From the NCBI GenBank assembly GCA_037142675.1, contig JBAXAF010000004.1:326-64325 (forward strand): a DNA stretch of 64,000 nucleotides. The letters run 5' to 3'. The notes under the pieces are model-generated. The model was not told the DNA's origin. It saw only the letters and a list, made by a program, of their open reading frames with translations, and did no database searches. The position numbers were made by a program, and so were the translations under genes. This stretch comes from Candidatus Berkelbacteria bacterium. Its GTDB lineage: Bacteria; Patescibacteriota; UBA1384; XYA2-FULL-43-10; CAINNR01. Each line of letters starts with the position of its first letter. The stretch's first letter is position 1. Below, piece by piece: positions 55,512 through 63,443 of this stretch.

Positions 55512-55516
55512 AAAAA

Positions 55517-55547
55517 TCCCCTTGTCCGAATAAATCGGACAAGGGGA
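55517..55547. terminator. Perfect 13-bp hairpin between convergent units
   Basis: TCCCCTTGTCCGA-ATAAA-TCGGACAAGGGGA with an A run on the left. Confidence 0.8.
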
Positions 55548-55551
55548 GTGA

Positions 55552-55764
55552 TTATTGATTCCGCCATTTTTCCTCATTTCTTGCCCGCATCTCCGCAGCC
55601 TCCGTTGAGCTTTTGGCCTCCTCCATCCACTTGTCCGGGATCTCAATTCCCTTATCTTTGGCTATCTCGATGAAGTGGCAAACAACGTGCTCCCAGTCGG
55701 CGATCTTTACGTTTCTCAGGGCTGCCCACAATCACAGATCCATCAGCTCCGTCTGCTCAGTCAT
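55552..55764 (-). pseudogene. 70-codon ORF interrupted by one in-frame TGA
   Basis: MTEQTELMDL*LWAALRNVKIADWEHVV...KWRNQ*. Confidence 0.4.
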
Positions 55765-55869
55765 TTTAAACTCTTTTCCAGATACCTGATTGGCATCTAT
55801 TGTAATGTTGGGGCTAATTCCCCTCAGTTGCGGGCGCGATCTATTCGATCGTGCCCGGTTCTGATAAGG

Positions 55870-55956
55870 CTAGCTACAAAGCGATAGCATGAAATACATG
55901 GCGAAAAGGCCTATTATGATCCCCAAAACGACGATGACCAGGTTGAGAATTTCCAT
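55870..55956 (-). CDS. 28-aa hydrophobic micropeptide
   Basis: MEILNLVIVVLGIIIGLFAMYFMLSLCS*, GAGG SD; divergent from TrmB 5. Confidence 0.5.
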   Translation of the reverse strand: MEILNLVIVVLGIIIGLFAMYFMLSLCS

Positions 55957-56193
55957 TTTTTTCCTCGTGTCACGTGTCGGCTAATGTCGCCTGTAAGTTG
56001 TTTGCTCGCTTCAGACTTTTGGGTTGTTCCTTAGCCTGACAGGTAACATTGTACCATAACCTTAGCAATACGTCAATACAAAATGACGAAAAATTCTACT
56101 AAAATAACTTTAAAACGATCTCATTTGACAAAATATGACGAGTTTTGCTATAATATAGTCGTATATTAGTGACGAAAATAAGAGTAGTAAAAA

Positions 56194-56928
56194 ATGGAAA
56201 CTTTGGAGATTCTAAAATCAATTGGATTAAATGACAATGAAAGCAAGGTTTACCTAGCTGTCCTTGAACTCGGTGCATCGACGGTTTTGCCCATCTCAAA
56301 AAAGTCCGGAATAAAACGGACCTATTGTTACGATATTTTGGAAAGCTTGCTAAAAAAGGGTTTTGTTAGTCACTTTAGTAAAAATGGTCGCCGTCGCTAC
56401 CTGGCTGCTGACCCAAAGCAAATCGAGGCGTTGTTAGAAAATAAATTAAACCGATTTTCAGAAGCTTTGCCACAACTGCGGTCAATTTATAATTCATCGC
56501 CAGAAAAACCAACAATTCGATTTTTTGAGGGTAAGGAAATCAAAAATATTTATGAAATGTTGCCGTCAGCGAAATACATTGATTCCATAGCCTCCCCTGA
56601 GTACATTTACCAATATCTTGGCAATTACTTTGATGAAATTGTAAAATTAATAGCTAAAAAGAAGGTAGCTGTTCGGGAAATTGTGCCAGAGAAAAATAAG
56701 GATGCTGGCTATATTAAGAATTTTCAAAAGCCAGACGAGGAGCTTAGATTTTTACCAAAAGAAGTCCAGTTGTCGACGGATATAATAATTTTTGATGACA
56801 AGGTTGCACTGATTTCATTTGCAAAAAAGGTTCACGCGGTGTTAATTGAAAGTTCGAGTATTGTGGAGACTCAGCGCTATATGTTTGATTTGATCTGGCA
56901 GATGGCAAAAAGTCCGTCTTCGAGGTAG
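56194..56928 (+). CDS. TrmB-family transcriptional regulator (5 of 6)
   Basis: IGLNDNESKVYLAVLELG...ISKKSGIKRTYCY; promoter TTGACA 56125 / TATAAT 56149. Confidence 0.9.
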   Translation: METLEILKSIGLNDNESKVYLAVLELGASTVLPISKKSGIKRTYCYDILESLLKKGFVSHFSKNGRRRYLAADPKQIEALLENKLNRFSEALPQLRSIYNSSPEKPTIRFFEGKEIKNIYEMLPSAKYIDSIASPEYIYQYLGNYFDEIVKLIAKKKVAVREIVPEKNKDAGYIKNFQKPDEELRFLPKEVQLSTDIIIFDDKVALISFAKKVHAVLIESSSIVETQRYMFDLIWQMAKSPSSR

Positions 56929-56948
56929 AATAAATTTATTGGAGGACT

Positions 56949-57707
56949 ATGTTTTGGCAGAAGGAAGAAAACCGAGGGTCTTGGGCGGCTTACACTGATG
57001 TGATGAAAATTCACCCAATTTCTCGTGTTACCGCCGATAAGGTTTTGGTTTTGGCGCCACATCCAGATGACGATGTTTTAGGTTGCGGAGGACTCTTGGC
57101 CGAGCTATCTGAGGCTGGTGCAAAAATCAAAGTGGTTTATTTTACTGATGGTTCTCGTGGCAACCGCGAGGCTAAGTTTTCTGAAAATTTAATCGCACAG
57201 AGGGAAGAAGAATCGGTTGAAGCTGGAAAAGTTTTAAAAATCTCTGAACAGAAATTTCTTCGGCTACCCCATAATTCCTTGAAGTCTAGTATTGAGTTGG
57301 CGGCGATTATCCGCAAAGAAATTGAGTTCGACAAACCTGACTTAATTTTAGCACCCTCATTTGAGGAACCGCACCCAGACCATTTAGCGGTTTTGGAGGC
57401 ACTAAATTTAGGTTTAAAAAATTATTCTGAAGGTTTAAATATTTGGTTGTATGAAGTTTTTGGAACCGGGCGGTTAAATCGCCTGTTTATTATAGATGAT
57501 TTTGTTGAAGTGAAAACAGAAGCTCTTAAGTGCCACAAAAGTCAGTACAAAATTAAAAAATATGACGAGGCAATATTGTCCTTGAATAAATTTCGGGCAC
57601 TGTCGGCTGGAATTGGAAATTATGCCGAGGGTTATTATTCCACCGGTCCGCGAACATTTCAAAAATTATTTGAGTTTTACCAGCGTCATCACGAAAGTAG
57701 AATTTGA
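56949..57707 (+). CDS. PIG-L/LmbE family deacetylase
   Basis: LAPHPDDDVLGCGG, TDG, R..E, HPDH. Confidence 0.92.
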   Translation: MFWQKEENRGSWAAYTDVMKIHPISRVTADKVLVLAPHPDDDVLGCGGLLAELSEAGAKIKVVYFTDGSRGNREAKFSENLIAQREEESVEAGKVLKISEQKFLRLPHNSLKSSIELAAIIRKEIEFDKPDLILAPSFEEPHPDHLAVLEALNLGLKNYSEGLNIWLYEVFGTGRLNRLFIIDDFVEVKTEALKCHKSQYKIKKYDEAILSLNKFRALSAGIGNYAEGYYSTGPRTFQKLFEFYQRHHESRI

Positions 57708-57716
57708 GGAGTTATC

Positions 57717-58364
57717 ATTTCTAAGGTATTAAAAATCGTTTTGACAGGTGGGGCTTGTGGCGGAAAAACCACGACTATCGAAGCTGTCAAAAAAGATCTT
57801 GGTGATCGAGTTATTGTCGTCCCCGAAGTTGCATCTCAACTTATTCGGCCACTAGAAAAAGGAGGAGTCGGAATACCGGGCGTTGATATCGAGTGGTCGC
57901 AGGAATGGCAGGATGAATTACAACAACAAATTCTAGTAAAACAATTAAATGATGAAAACATATCGATTAGTGAAGCCGAAATGTTTGAAGGGCCGTCCAT
58001 CGTACTTTGCGACAGAGGAGTTCTCGACGGGGCCGTTTATATGTCTGGTGGGCTAGAAGAGTTTCTCGAAAAGTTTCATTTGGAGTACAGCGCTTGTATT
58101 TCGCGATACGATGCGATTATTCACCTCAATTCATTGGCTGTTGATGATCCGGAAAAATTCATCGAGTTTTTTAAATCAAACTCAGCAAGACATAGACAAG
58201 TTGACAAGGCGGCGTTACTTGATAAAGCGATTTTTGAGGTCTGGAAAGGCCACCAGAATCACCTGCGAGTTGCTTCGACTGAAGAGATGGAAGAAAAAAT
58301 TGAATTGGTGCTATCAGAAATACGAAAGGAATTAGGGCGGGTTAATGCAGAATTGGGGGGCTGA
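57717..58364 (+). CDS. P-loop NTPase/kinase (NadR/AAA_28-like)
   Basis: KIVLTGGACGGKTT, VPEVA, LCDRGVLD; start uncertain (ATT 57717 or TTG 57741). Confidence 0.8.
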   Translation: MSKVLKIVLTGGACGGKTTTIEAVKKDLGDRVIVVPEVASQLIRPLEKGGVGIPGVDIEWSQEWQDELQQQILVKQLNDENISISEAEMFEGPSIVLCDRGVLDGAVYMSGGLEEFLEKFHLEYSACISRYDAIIHLNSLAVDDPEKFIEFFKSNSARHRQVDKAALLDKAIFEVWKGHQNHLRVASTEEMEEKIELVLSEIRKELGRVNAELGG

Positions 58365-58428
58365 AATTGGTAGCGAGGGCAAGCTTGGGGTTATTTGAGT
58401 TTTATCAACGCCATCATGAAAGCAAAAT

Positions 58429-59184
58429 ATGAGCATTAAAAAACAATTTCTGTCGGCATTTAGAACTATGAATTTTGCTGCCGCTGAGGCTGGTTGGCGA
58501 ATTTTCACCAGTGGCGCCGATTTTAAAGTGGTGGAAGAATTACCAAATAATGATATTTTAATTATTGCCCCGCACCCGGATGATGAGATTTTTGCTTGCT
58601 CCGGAGTAATATCTAGAGTAAAAAAGGATCAAAAAATTAAAATAGCCTACATTTTTTCTGGAGATAAACTATCGCGATCAGAGCGAGCTAGTGCGAGAGA
58701 AGAAGAGTCAAAAAGTGCAGTAGAACAATCTGAAAATCTCGAGCAAATATTTTGTCGTCAACCAGACAATTCGATTGTGGACAAAGAAACAATTTATGAT
58801 CTTTCGACTATTATCTTGGAAATGAAACCAGGGATTATTCTAACGCCGAACTTTTCTTGCCCAAATGACGACCATCGTGAGGCGACGAAGGCAATTGTTG
58901 AGGCATTAAAACTGGCAAAAATAAAAGGCCAAGATCTCAAAGAAATTTCTATTTGGCTTTACGGCGTTTGGGGGCCATTACCGTATTTTAATCGATTGTT
59001 GAAAGTTGACGTAGATAAAAAAGAAAAGGCAATGGAGAAGTTCTTATCGCAACATAAGGACCGAAATTATATTAAGGCTATAAAATCGCTCGATGATTAC
59101 TATGGCGAAATTTACGGTTTAGCTTACTCCACCGAAGCCTTTTTCGCCGTGCCGGCAGATTTGCTGCTCAAGCTCTATAAATAA
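58429..59184 (+). CDS. PIG-L/LmbE family deacetylase (second)
   Basis: IAPHPDDEIFACSG, R..E, NDDH. Confidence 0.88.
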   Translation: MSIKKQFLSAFRTMNFAAAEAGWRIFTSGADFKVVEELPNNDILIIAPHPDDEIFACSGVISRVKKDQKIKIAYIFSGDKLSRSERASAREEESKSAVEQSENLEQIFCRQPDNSIVDKETIYDLSTIILEMKPGIILTPNFSCPNDDHREATKAIVEALKLAKIKGQDLKEISIWLYGVWGPLPYFNRLLKVDVDKKEKAMEKFLSQHKDRNYIKAIKSLDDYYGEIYGLAYSTEAFFAVPADLLLKLYK

Positions 59185-59225
59185 ATTGAACTAATAAAAA
59201 ACTCTGGCGCCATGCCAGAGCCGTG

Positions 59226-59666
59226 TCATCCTCCATTTTTCTTGGCGATGTTCTTTTTCCGGCCAGATCCTTGGAGTGAAGCCATCAGCAACTTTTCATC
59301 ATCGGAGAGGTATCGGTTGCAGGCCTCGGCGATGCTGTGCTGGGTGCACTTCAGACGTTTGTGCATTTTGGCGGCAGACGGGTAGATGTTGGCTTTCAAG
59401 CGCCAGCGGACTGCGACCAAAACGCGTTTGGTTTTGTCGCAGGTATGACGTCCGCGTTGTCGTTTTGGCTTTTGGGGCCACTTGGTCTTTCTTTTTCTCT
59501 TCCGCTCTGCTGGCGCCAGATCCCTGGTCAAGATCTGCCCGATCCTTGTCCCGGTTACCCCGTAGTGCTTCCCCAGTTCCTCGTTGGTTTGGTACTTGCG
59601 TTCACCGCGGATCATCGCTCGAACTCGGGCGATCAGATCCTTGGTGTCAACTTTAGTTTCGGCCAA
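59226..59666 (-). CDS. Basic protein with HTH-like segments, GC-rich
   Basis: TNEELGKHYGVTGTRIGQIL; GGAGGT SD before TTG 59666. Confidence 0.6.
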   Translation of the reverse strand: MAETKVDTKDLIARVRAMIRGERKYQTNEELGKHYGVTGTRIGQILTRDLAPAERKRKRKTKWPQKPKRQRGRHTCDKTKRVLVAVRWRLKANIYPSAAKMHKRLKCTQHSIAEACNRYLSDDEKLLMASLQGSGRKKNIAKKNGG

Positions 59667-59769
59667 ACTGACCACCTCCATCGTTCTCATGACAATATAG
59701 CGGAAAAAACAACTCCGGTCAATCAGCGGATTGATAATTAGGCACAAATATGGTAAAATTTTCTAGTAA

Positions 59770-59843
59770 TCCCGGGTAGTATAATGGCAGTACGGTGGAT
59801 TCTGGCTCCATTAATCTAGGTTCGACCCCTAGCCCGGGAACCA
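59770..59843 (+). tRNA. tRNA-Gln(CTG)
   Basis: TCCCGGG/CCCGGGA acceptor, GTGGA-TTCTGGC-TCCAT, TTCGACC T-loop, CCA. Confidence 0.93.
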
Positions 59844-59977
59844 ATTTTTGTTTCAGGGCAGGCGAGAGCGCGAAAGGGGTCGGGAAAAATGCTGTTTTCC
59901 CGCCGGAGGAAATTATTCAAAACCGTGGGTTTTGAAAAGCCTCGAAGAGGCGCGCGAGACCCCTAGCCCGGGAACCA
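59844..59977 (+). repeat. tRNA-linked three-hairpin element plus duplicated tRNA-Gln 3' end
   Basis: 59958-59977 equals 59824-59843 (20 bp); core homologous to 60108-60190. Confidence 0.8.
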
Positions 59978-59978
59978 T

Positions 59979-60055
59979 GGCCCGGTCGTCTAGTGGCCTA
60001 GGATACTTGGTTCTCATCCAAGAGATCATGGGTTCGACTCCCATCCGGGCTACCA
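59979..60055 (+). tRNA. tRNA-Glu(CTC)
   Basis: GGCCCGG/CCGGGCT acceptor, CTTGG-TTCTCAT-CCAAG, TTCGACT T-loop, CCA. Confidence 0.94.
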
Positions 60056-60208
60056 TGAAAAGTGCATCACTTCGGTGATGCTTTTTTCATGGTAAATGGA
60101 AGTCGAACGGGAAGGGGTCGGGAAACGGGAGTTTCCCGCAGAGGAAGATAATAGAAACCGTGAGTTTCTATAAGCCGAAGGCGTGTGAGCCTCCCATCCG
60201 GGCTACCA
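60056..60208 (+). repeat. tRNA-linked three-hairpin element plus duplicated tRNA-Glu 3' end
   Basis: 60191-60208 equals 60038-60055 (18 bp). Confidence 0.8.
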
Positions 60209-60271
60209 AAAAATTCTGAAGTTTTGCTTCAGGATTTTTTGTTTTGATCAAATTGAGCTAGAATAGAGTGG

Positions 60272-61771
60272 ATGAAAAAATTTTTTCAGGCGCCTAATTT
60301 TAGAAGTTGGCAGTTTTGGCTAAAGATTTTTTTGGTCGTTCTAATTATTGCTGGCGGGATCGCTGGTATATTGTTGATTAAAAAACACCGAGTAGCGGCA
60401 CCAGCCGCTGAGATTAAAGCTCCTGTTGAAGTTGCTGTTACCCCAATTGCTCCACCAGAAGAAGCAAAAAAAGCTGTTATCGCTGCGCCTCCTAAGGTTA
60501 AGACTTCTGGAAAAACTTCAACTAAGGCCAATTCAGATGGATCAAAGACGGTTACATCTGCCACTGGACCAGTTAATTCTGCCAACACAGCTGTTGCTGC
60601 CGCGGCTGGGCCTTCGGCTGGTATTGCCGGTATTCATTATATCGACCAAACAGGTTCGCATGCTGATTTGGGTGATCAACTTAAAACGTATATGTCGAAT
60701 AACTTATTAGTTAAAGGCGAAGTTAGCAGTATGTACTCGATAATTCTGCAAAACGCCGGAGACACCGGCTGGGCCGGACTTTATTCCGGGTCGTATAATC
60801 AAGACGCGAACGGCCAAATAACTTCCGCCTGGGGCTATATAACGCTAAACAGCTACTATTATGAAGGTAATCCATACTTCCTTGACTACATGAAACTAAT
60901 TTTGTCGCACGAATATGGCCACCACTACTCCTTGTATTACAAATGGATAGTTTGGCAGATTCCTTCTGGTCAACGCTTCCCCGATTCTTATTATTCCGTT
61001 CGGCCGCTGACAAAGTCAGGAACAGCTCCTGATTACTCACTGGGTTGGGCCAACTGCGATGCGGAAATAATTGCGGAGGATTACTCTTATCTCTATTCCG
61101 GTTATGGCTATCATGGCATGGCAGCGACCTACGGTTATCCATCTGCTGGGACAAAAACTTGGTTGGTTAATGAGCCAGCCGGGTCATCTGCTTCAGCGCC
61201 AGCGTCAGACAGCGCACCAACAGTCTCAATTACCGCACCAGCCAGTGGCGCAACTGTTTCTGGAACGGTGCCATTTTCAGCCACGGCTTCTGATGATAAT
61301 GGTGTAACAAAGGTGAGCTTTTACATTGACAACAATTTATTAGTTGAAGACTCCGTCGCACCATATGAAACGTCATTCAATTCTGCAAGTTATGGCAATG
61401 GAGTTCATTCTTTGCGGGCTAGAGCAACTGACACGGCTGGACAAACTGCTGATTCGACAGTCTCTATTATCATTAATAACGCGACGACCGACACGGAAAA
61501 CCCGACGGTTACCATTGGCGACCCAGCTGACAATCCTCATGCTTGGGCAAATGGTAATTTACACATTGCAGTTACGGCAACAGACAACGTTGCGGTGCAG
61601 AAAATCGAGATCTATATTAATGATCAACTAGCTCTAACTGAGAACTCAGGATCAGTTTCTGCTGTTTGGAATTATAATGATGCTCCAGCCGGAACCTACA
61701 CACTAAAAGCAAAAGCCTACGATGCTTCCGGCAACACCGCCGAAACTAGCATTGTGGTAAACAAAAGTTAG
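60272..61771 (+). CDS. Membrane-anchored surface protein: zincin-like domain plus two bacterial Ig-like domains
   Basis: N-terminal TM, A/P/T linker, HEYGHH...E, APTVSITAP...ATASDDNGVTKVSFYID and a second Ig repeat. Confidence 0.85.
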   Translation: MKKFFQAPNFRSWQFWLKIFLVVLIIAGGIAGILLIKKHRVAAPAAEIKAPVEVAVTPIAPPEEAKKAVIAAPPKVKTSGKTSTKANSDGSKTVTSATGPVNSANTAVAAAAGPSAGIAGIHYIDQTGSHADLGDQLKTYMSNNLLVKGEVSSMYSIILQNAGDTGWAGLYSGSYNQDANGQITSAWGYITLNSYYYEGNPYFLDYMKLILSHEYGHHYSLYYKWIVWQIPSGQRFPDSYYSVRPLTKSGTAPDYSLGWANCDAEIIAEDYSYLYSGYGYHGMAATYGYPSAGTKTWLVNEPAGSSASAPASDSAPTVSITAPASGATVSGTVPFSATASDDNGVTKVSFYIDNNLLVEDSVAPYETSFNSASYGNGVHSLRARATDTAGQTADSTVSIIINNATTDTENPTVTIGDPADNPHAWANGNLHIAVTATDNVAVQKIEIYINDQLALTENSGSVSAVWNYNDAPAGTYTLKAKAYDASGNTAETSIVVNKS

Positions 61772-62517
61772 ATCTTTTTTCCGATTCCCCAAAGTATGTC
61801 AAAAATATTTTTAAAAACCTTAACCAGGTTTTTATTTTTGATTTCAATCACCATTGGCTCTGTTGCCGAATGGAGAACTAAAATGTCATCGCCAAAAATA
61901 TTGAAGTTTCCCAAGTCAGCCATCTTTTTTTCGATTAGCCGATATTCATATAACTTTGGAAGACTATTTTTTAATTTCATTTCGAAATCGTTTTCATTAA
62001 AAATCAACATTTGCCATTTAATCATTCTTTCTTGTTGGATTTTCAGAAATTTGCTGGTTAGTTTTCCCATATGCTCTTGCCAAAGAGGCCCGATTGACCC
62101 GGCGATAAAATCTGTTGTTCCAGTTGGCAACTTAGAATAAGCATCCAGCCAAAATCGGCGATAGGACTCCAGCCCTTCATAAATGGTTATTTCAGGTGAT
62201 TCTGCTTGGATCATCTTTTTTAATTCAGGCACTAAGGTTTTTGCTAGTTGAAATTCCTCAGCAGCGATATCAAGCAACTTTTCTGGATCAAGCGATTGGA
62301 AGTACTTAATTTTTGATTTCTCAAAACTAAAGACTAGTTTTTTGCTAATAAGTTTTTTTAATGATTCATAAACCACACTGCGATGCAGCTGAGTTTTTTC
62401 AATGATTTTTCCTGCGGAAGTTGTACCGATTTCTAAAAGGGCAGTGTAAGTTTTGGCTTCACTGCTAGTTAGGTGTAATTGTTCCAAGCGCGATCTAATT
62501 TGCTCGTTAATTGCCAT
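61768..62517 (-). CDS. TrmB-family transcriptional regulator (6 of 6)
   Basis: LHLTSSEAKTYTALLEIG...IIEKTQLHRSVVYESL. Confidence 0.9.
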   Translation of the reverse strand: MAINEQIRSRLEQLHLTSSEAKTYTALLEIGTTSAGKIIEKTQLHRSVVYESLKKLISKKLVFSFEKSKIKYFQSLDPEKLLDIAAEEFQLAKTLVPELKKMIQAESPEITIYEGLESYRRFWLDAYSKLPTGTTDFIAGSIGPLWQEHMGKLTSKFLKIQQERMIKWQMLIFNENDFEMKLKNSLPKLYEYRLIEKKMADLGNFNIFGDDILVLHSATEPMVIEIKNKNLVKVFKNIFDILWGIGKKI

Positions 62518-62685
62518 AATTTTTTATAAGTTTATTTTACTTTACTAAAAATATCTTATCACAAAACAATTAGATAATCAATATATGTTGTCGAAAATAG
62601 TTGACAAATAAAATAATCGATGATAGGATGTTCTTTGCATGGGTTTGGGAGTTAGGAAACACCAAAAAATTCTGGAGGCGCTTCG

Positions 62686-63180
62686 ATGAACGCCAATACT
62701 GATAACAGCAAGCATTTGCTGCTATCTGAAATACTCAGAGGGGAAGATGTTGTTGGGTTGGCGGCTCGGTATCGGCGACTCAATTTTTCACAGCGGTCGT
62801 CAGTGAATGGCGAAGTCATTGATTTGTTTGCCAGTTATGTCGACGGTTTGAAAACTACCGGCGATGTTACAAACAAACCAATCGGTCGTGATGCATCGTA
62901 CAACATCTTGCTTTTCATTGAGCAAATCGCTGATTCTGGGATCCTGCTGAACCTCAGATTTAGAGACCGAATTGGCAAACTGGCGCGGTACGTAGCGCTC
63001 TGGGCTGGACAACAAAAACCAGGTTACCGACCGCATCAGGTTGTCAGCTTGGTGTTGCGGATAGGGTTTGCCGCCGATGTGCATGAGGTTTGGGCTGTCG
63101 CCGAAAGACTACTGACCCATCAGGACTTAGGCCTATTGGTGATTGAGGCCATGTCGAAAAAATGGCAGGCCGAACAGTGA
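62686..63180 (+). CDS. Hypothetical protein
   Basis: GGAGG SD, promoter TTGACA-17-TAGGAT (62601-62629), terminator at ~63198-63228; divergent from TrmB 6. Confidence 0.65.
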   Translation: MNANTDNSKHLLLSEILRGEDVVGLAARYRRLNFSQRSSVNGEVIDLFASYVDGLKTTGDVTNKPIGRDASYNILLFIEQIADSGILLNLRFRDRIGKLARYVALWAGQQKPGYRPHQVVSLVLRIGFAADVHEVWAVAERLLTHQDLGLLVIEAMSKKWQAEQ

Positions 63181-63277
63181 TGTGTGGAAATTGCTCTGCG
63201 GGGAGAGAAAATCTCCCCGCTTTTTTTGTTAGAACATCAAAAAAATATCACTAAAACTGGCGATTGATAAAAATTAA

Positions 63278-63439
63278 TTAGTCTTTTTGGCGTTGGAGGC
63301 CGAAGATAATTAGGTAGAAAGTAAAGGCAAAAGTCAGCAAAATCGAAACAAAGACATCAATATGCCCCTGGAATATTGCCACGGCTGTGGCTATCCAAGT
63401 AATGACGATGATTGCTGTTGTCCAAAGTTGTTTAGTCAT
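63278..63439 (-). CDS. 53-aa two-TM small protein
   Basis: MTKQLWTTAIIVITWIATAVAIFQGHIDVFVSILLTFAFTFYLIIFGLQRQKD*; starts 4 nt after the upstream stop. Confidence 0.55.
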   Translation of the reverse strand: MTKQLWTTAIIVITWIATAVAIFQGHIDVFVSILLTFAFTFYLIIFGLQRQKD

Positions 63440-63443
63440 AGTT

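Noticed and set aside
59824-60208. tRNA 3' duplications as attL/attR of a prophage or genomic island
   Set aside because: The enclosed segments are only ~115-135 bp with no integrase; kept as a mini-element finding instead.
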